Source of the DNA: Macrostomum hystrix
Taxonomy: Eukaryota > Animalia > Platyhelminthes
Assembly: GCA_950097015.1 (NCBI GenBank)
Contig: CATNEN010000001.1
Location: forward strand, 13,020,001-13,084,000
Reading direction: 5' to 3'
DNA length: 64,000 bases
Shown here: positions 63,314 through 64,000 of the stretch, in pieces
Position numbering within the stretch: the stretch's first letter is position 1
Layout: every line of letters begins with the position of its first letter
Made by a program: the position numbers and the translations under genes
Notes under the pieces: model-generated
What the model saw: the letters and a program-made list of their open reading frames with translations, nothing else
The model's database searches: none
Told to the model about the DNA's origin: nothing

Positions 63314-64000
63314 ATGTCCTGGCAGTCCATTGAGGACATAGAGGAGCCTTCCGGTGTGGCGTCTTTTCCTAGTGAGTCTCCTTGTGCCACTGAAGACGAG
63401 GAGTATTATGATGAGTATGACTTAAGCAATTCGGAAGCAGCCCTTTTTTCGGATGAAGATGCTGCGGGTATTGCGGACGAGCCTGTCGTCGGTATTGCAG
63501 AACAATTAGCCGAGCCTGATTTTTCTGGTAATGGTGCTGCCAGTGGTGTAAGATCAGGTAGTGGTAGCATATTTCCAGAGTTATGCACATTTTTTGTTCT
63601 CTTCAACCTTCCACGCTCTGCAATTGTTTTCCTTGTTCGACTTCTTGCCAGGTTTGGTTTAGAAGTCCAAACAACGTATTGTGCATTTCGACGATACGTT
63701 TCTAACTCTCATCCACAAGCCAAATCAATGCGTAATGGCAACTACGCCTACTTTTCTTTGTCCGATAATCTGCGCTATGCCTTTCAAAATTCCTTGTTGG
63801 GTAACGAGTCTCGTTCTGGTGAGGTGCAACTTTCGCTTAAGGTCAATGTTGATGGCTTGCCGCTATGGAAAAGCTCGTCGGTTGAATTTTGGCCTATCTT
63901 GGTGCAGTTGGCATATGTAAGCACGTTTTTCCCGTTTCCATTTTCTGTGGCACTGGAAAGCCTCCCTTGAATCTGTTCCTCCAAGACTTTATTCGCGAAG
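63314..64000 (+). pseudogene. EnSpm/CMC-type transposase N-terminal part (frameshift ~63925), truncated by the window edge
   Basis: EL..FFVLFN.PR.A...L..LL, G.Y.Y.S...NL and VNVDGLPL.KSS...FWPIL, then in the alternate frame PVSIFCGTGKPPLNLFLQDF. It parallels 48940-49680. Confidence 0.88.

Larger units (their letters stand above)
56900..64000 (+). mobile_element. Second CMC/EnSpm-like transposon (left end tentative; runs off the right edge), with nested MITEs and a solo LTR
   Basis: CCCAGTG at 56900 is the same start as 47356. It contains homologues of both genes of the first element in reversed order. Confidence 0.55.

Noticed and set aside
1-64000. Hammerhead ribozymes, SL RNA, rRNA or intact tRNA genes
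   Set aside because: The CTGATGA/CTGACGA hits I noticed lack the flanking stems and GAAA core or lie in coding sequence. No recognisable RNA gene was found by eye, and an Infernal scan would be needed to exclude them.

Overview
This is eukaryotic (invertebrate-like; the style is reminiscent of a flatworm, inference only) repeat-dense DNA with GT-AG introns. I recognise no ordinary host housekeeping gene, rRNA, intact tRNA or CRISPR array. The window is a nest of mobile elements. (1) A head-to-tail array of non-autonomous Helitrons carries minisatellites; the third copy is interrupted by a recent 4.2-kb Gypsy (Mag-like) LTR retrotransposon with an RT deletion. (2) There is a degraded Mutator/NOF-like remnant with a USP-like His-box and an RTE-like fragment. 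(3) Several solo LTRs are present, including two 2.3-kb copies in opposite orientation. (4) A rearranged Polinton/Maverick remnant retains pieces of pPolB, penton, packaging ATPase and integrase. (5) A spliced hAT transposase is present. (6) A full-length LOA/R1-type LINE with RNase H and a 12-bp TSD is present. (7) A 10-kb Helitron carries an RPA70-like gene whose intron holds a complete CMC/EnSpm (CACTA-like) DNA transposon. (8) A second CMC/EnSpm element has the opposite gene order. The most interesting pattern is the two-gene CMC cassette (transposase + DUF4806-like protein): each ATG sits just behind a splice acceptor, and whichever gene is upstream is intronless. All family assignments are from motif recognition by eye, not database searches.
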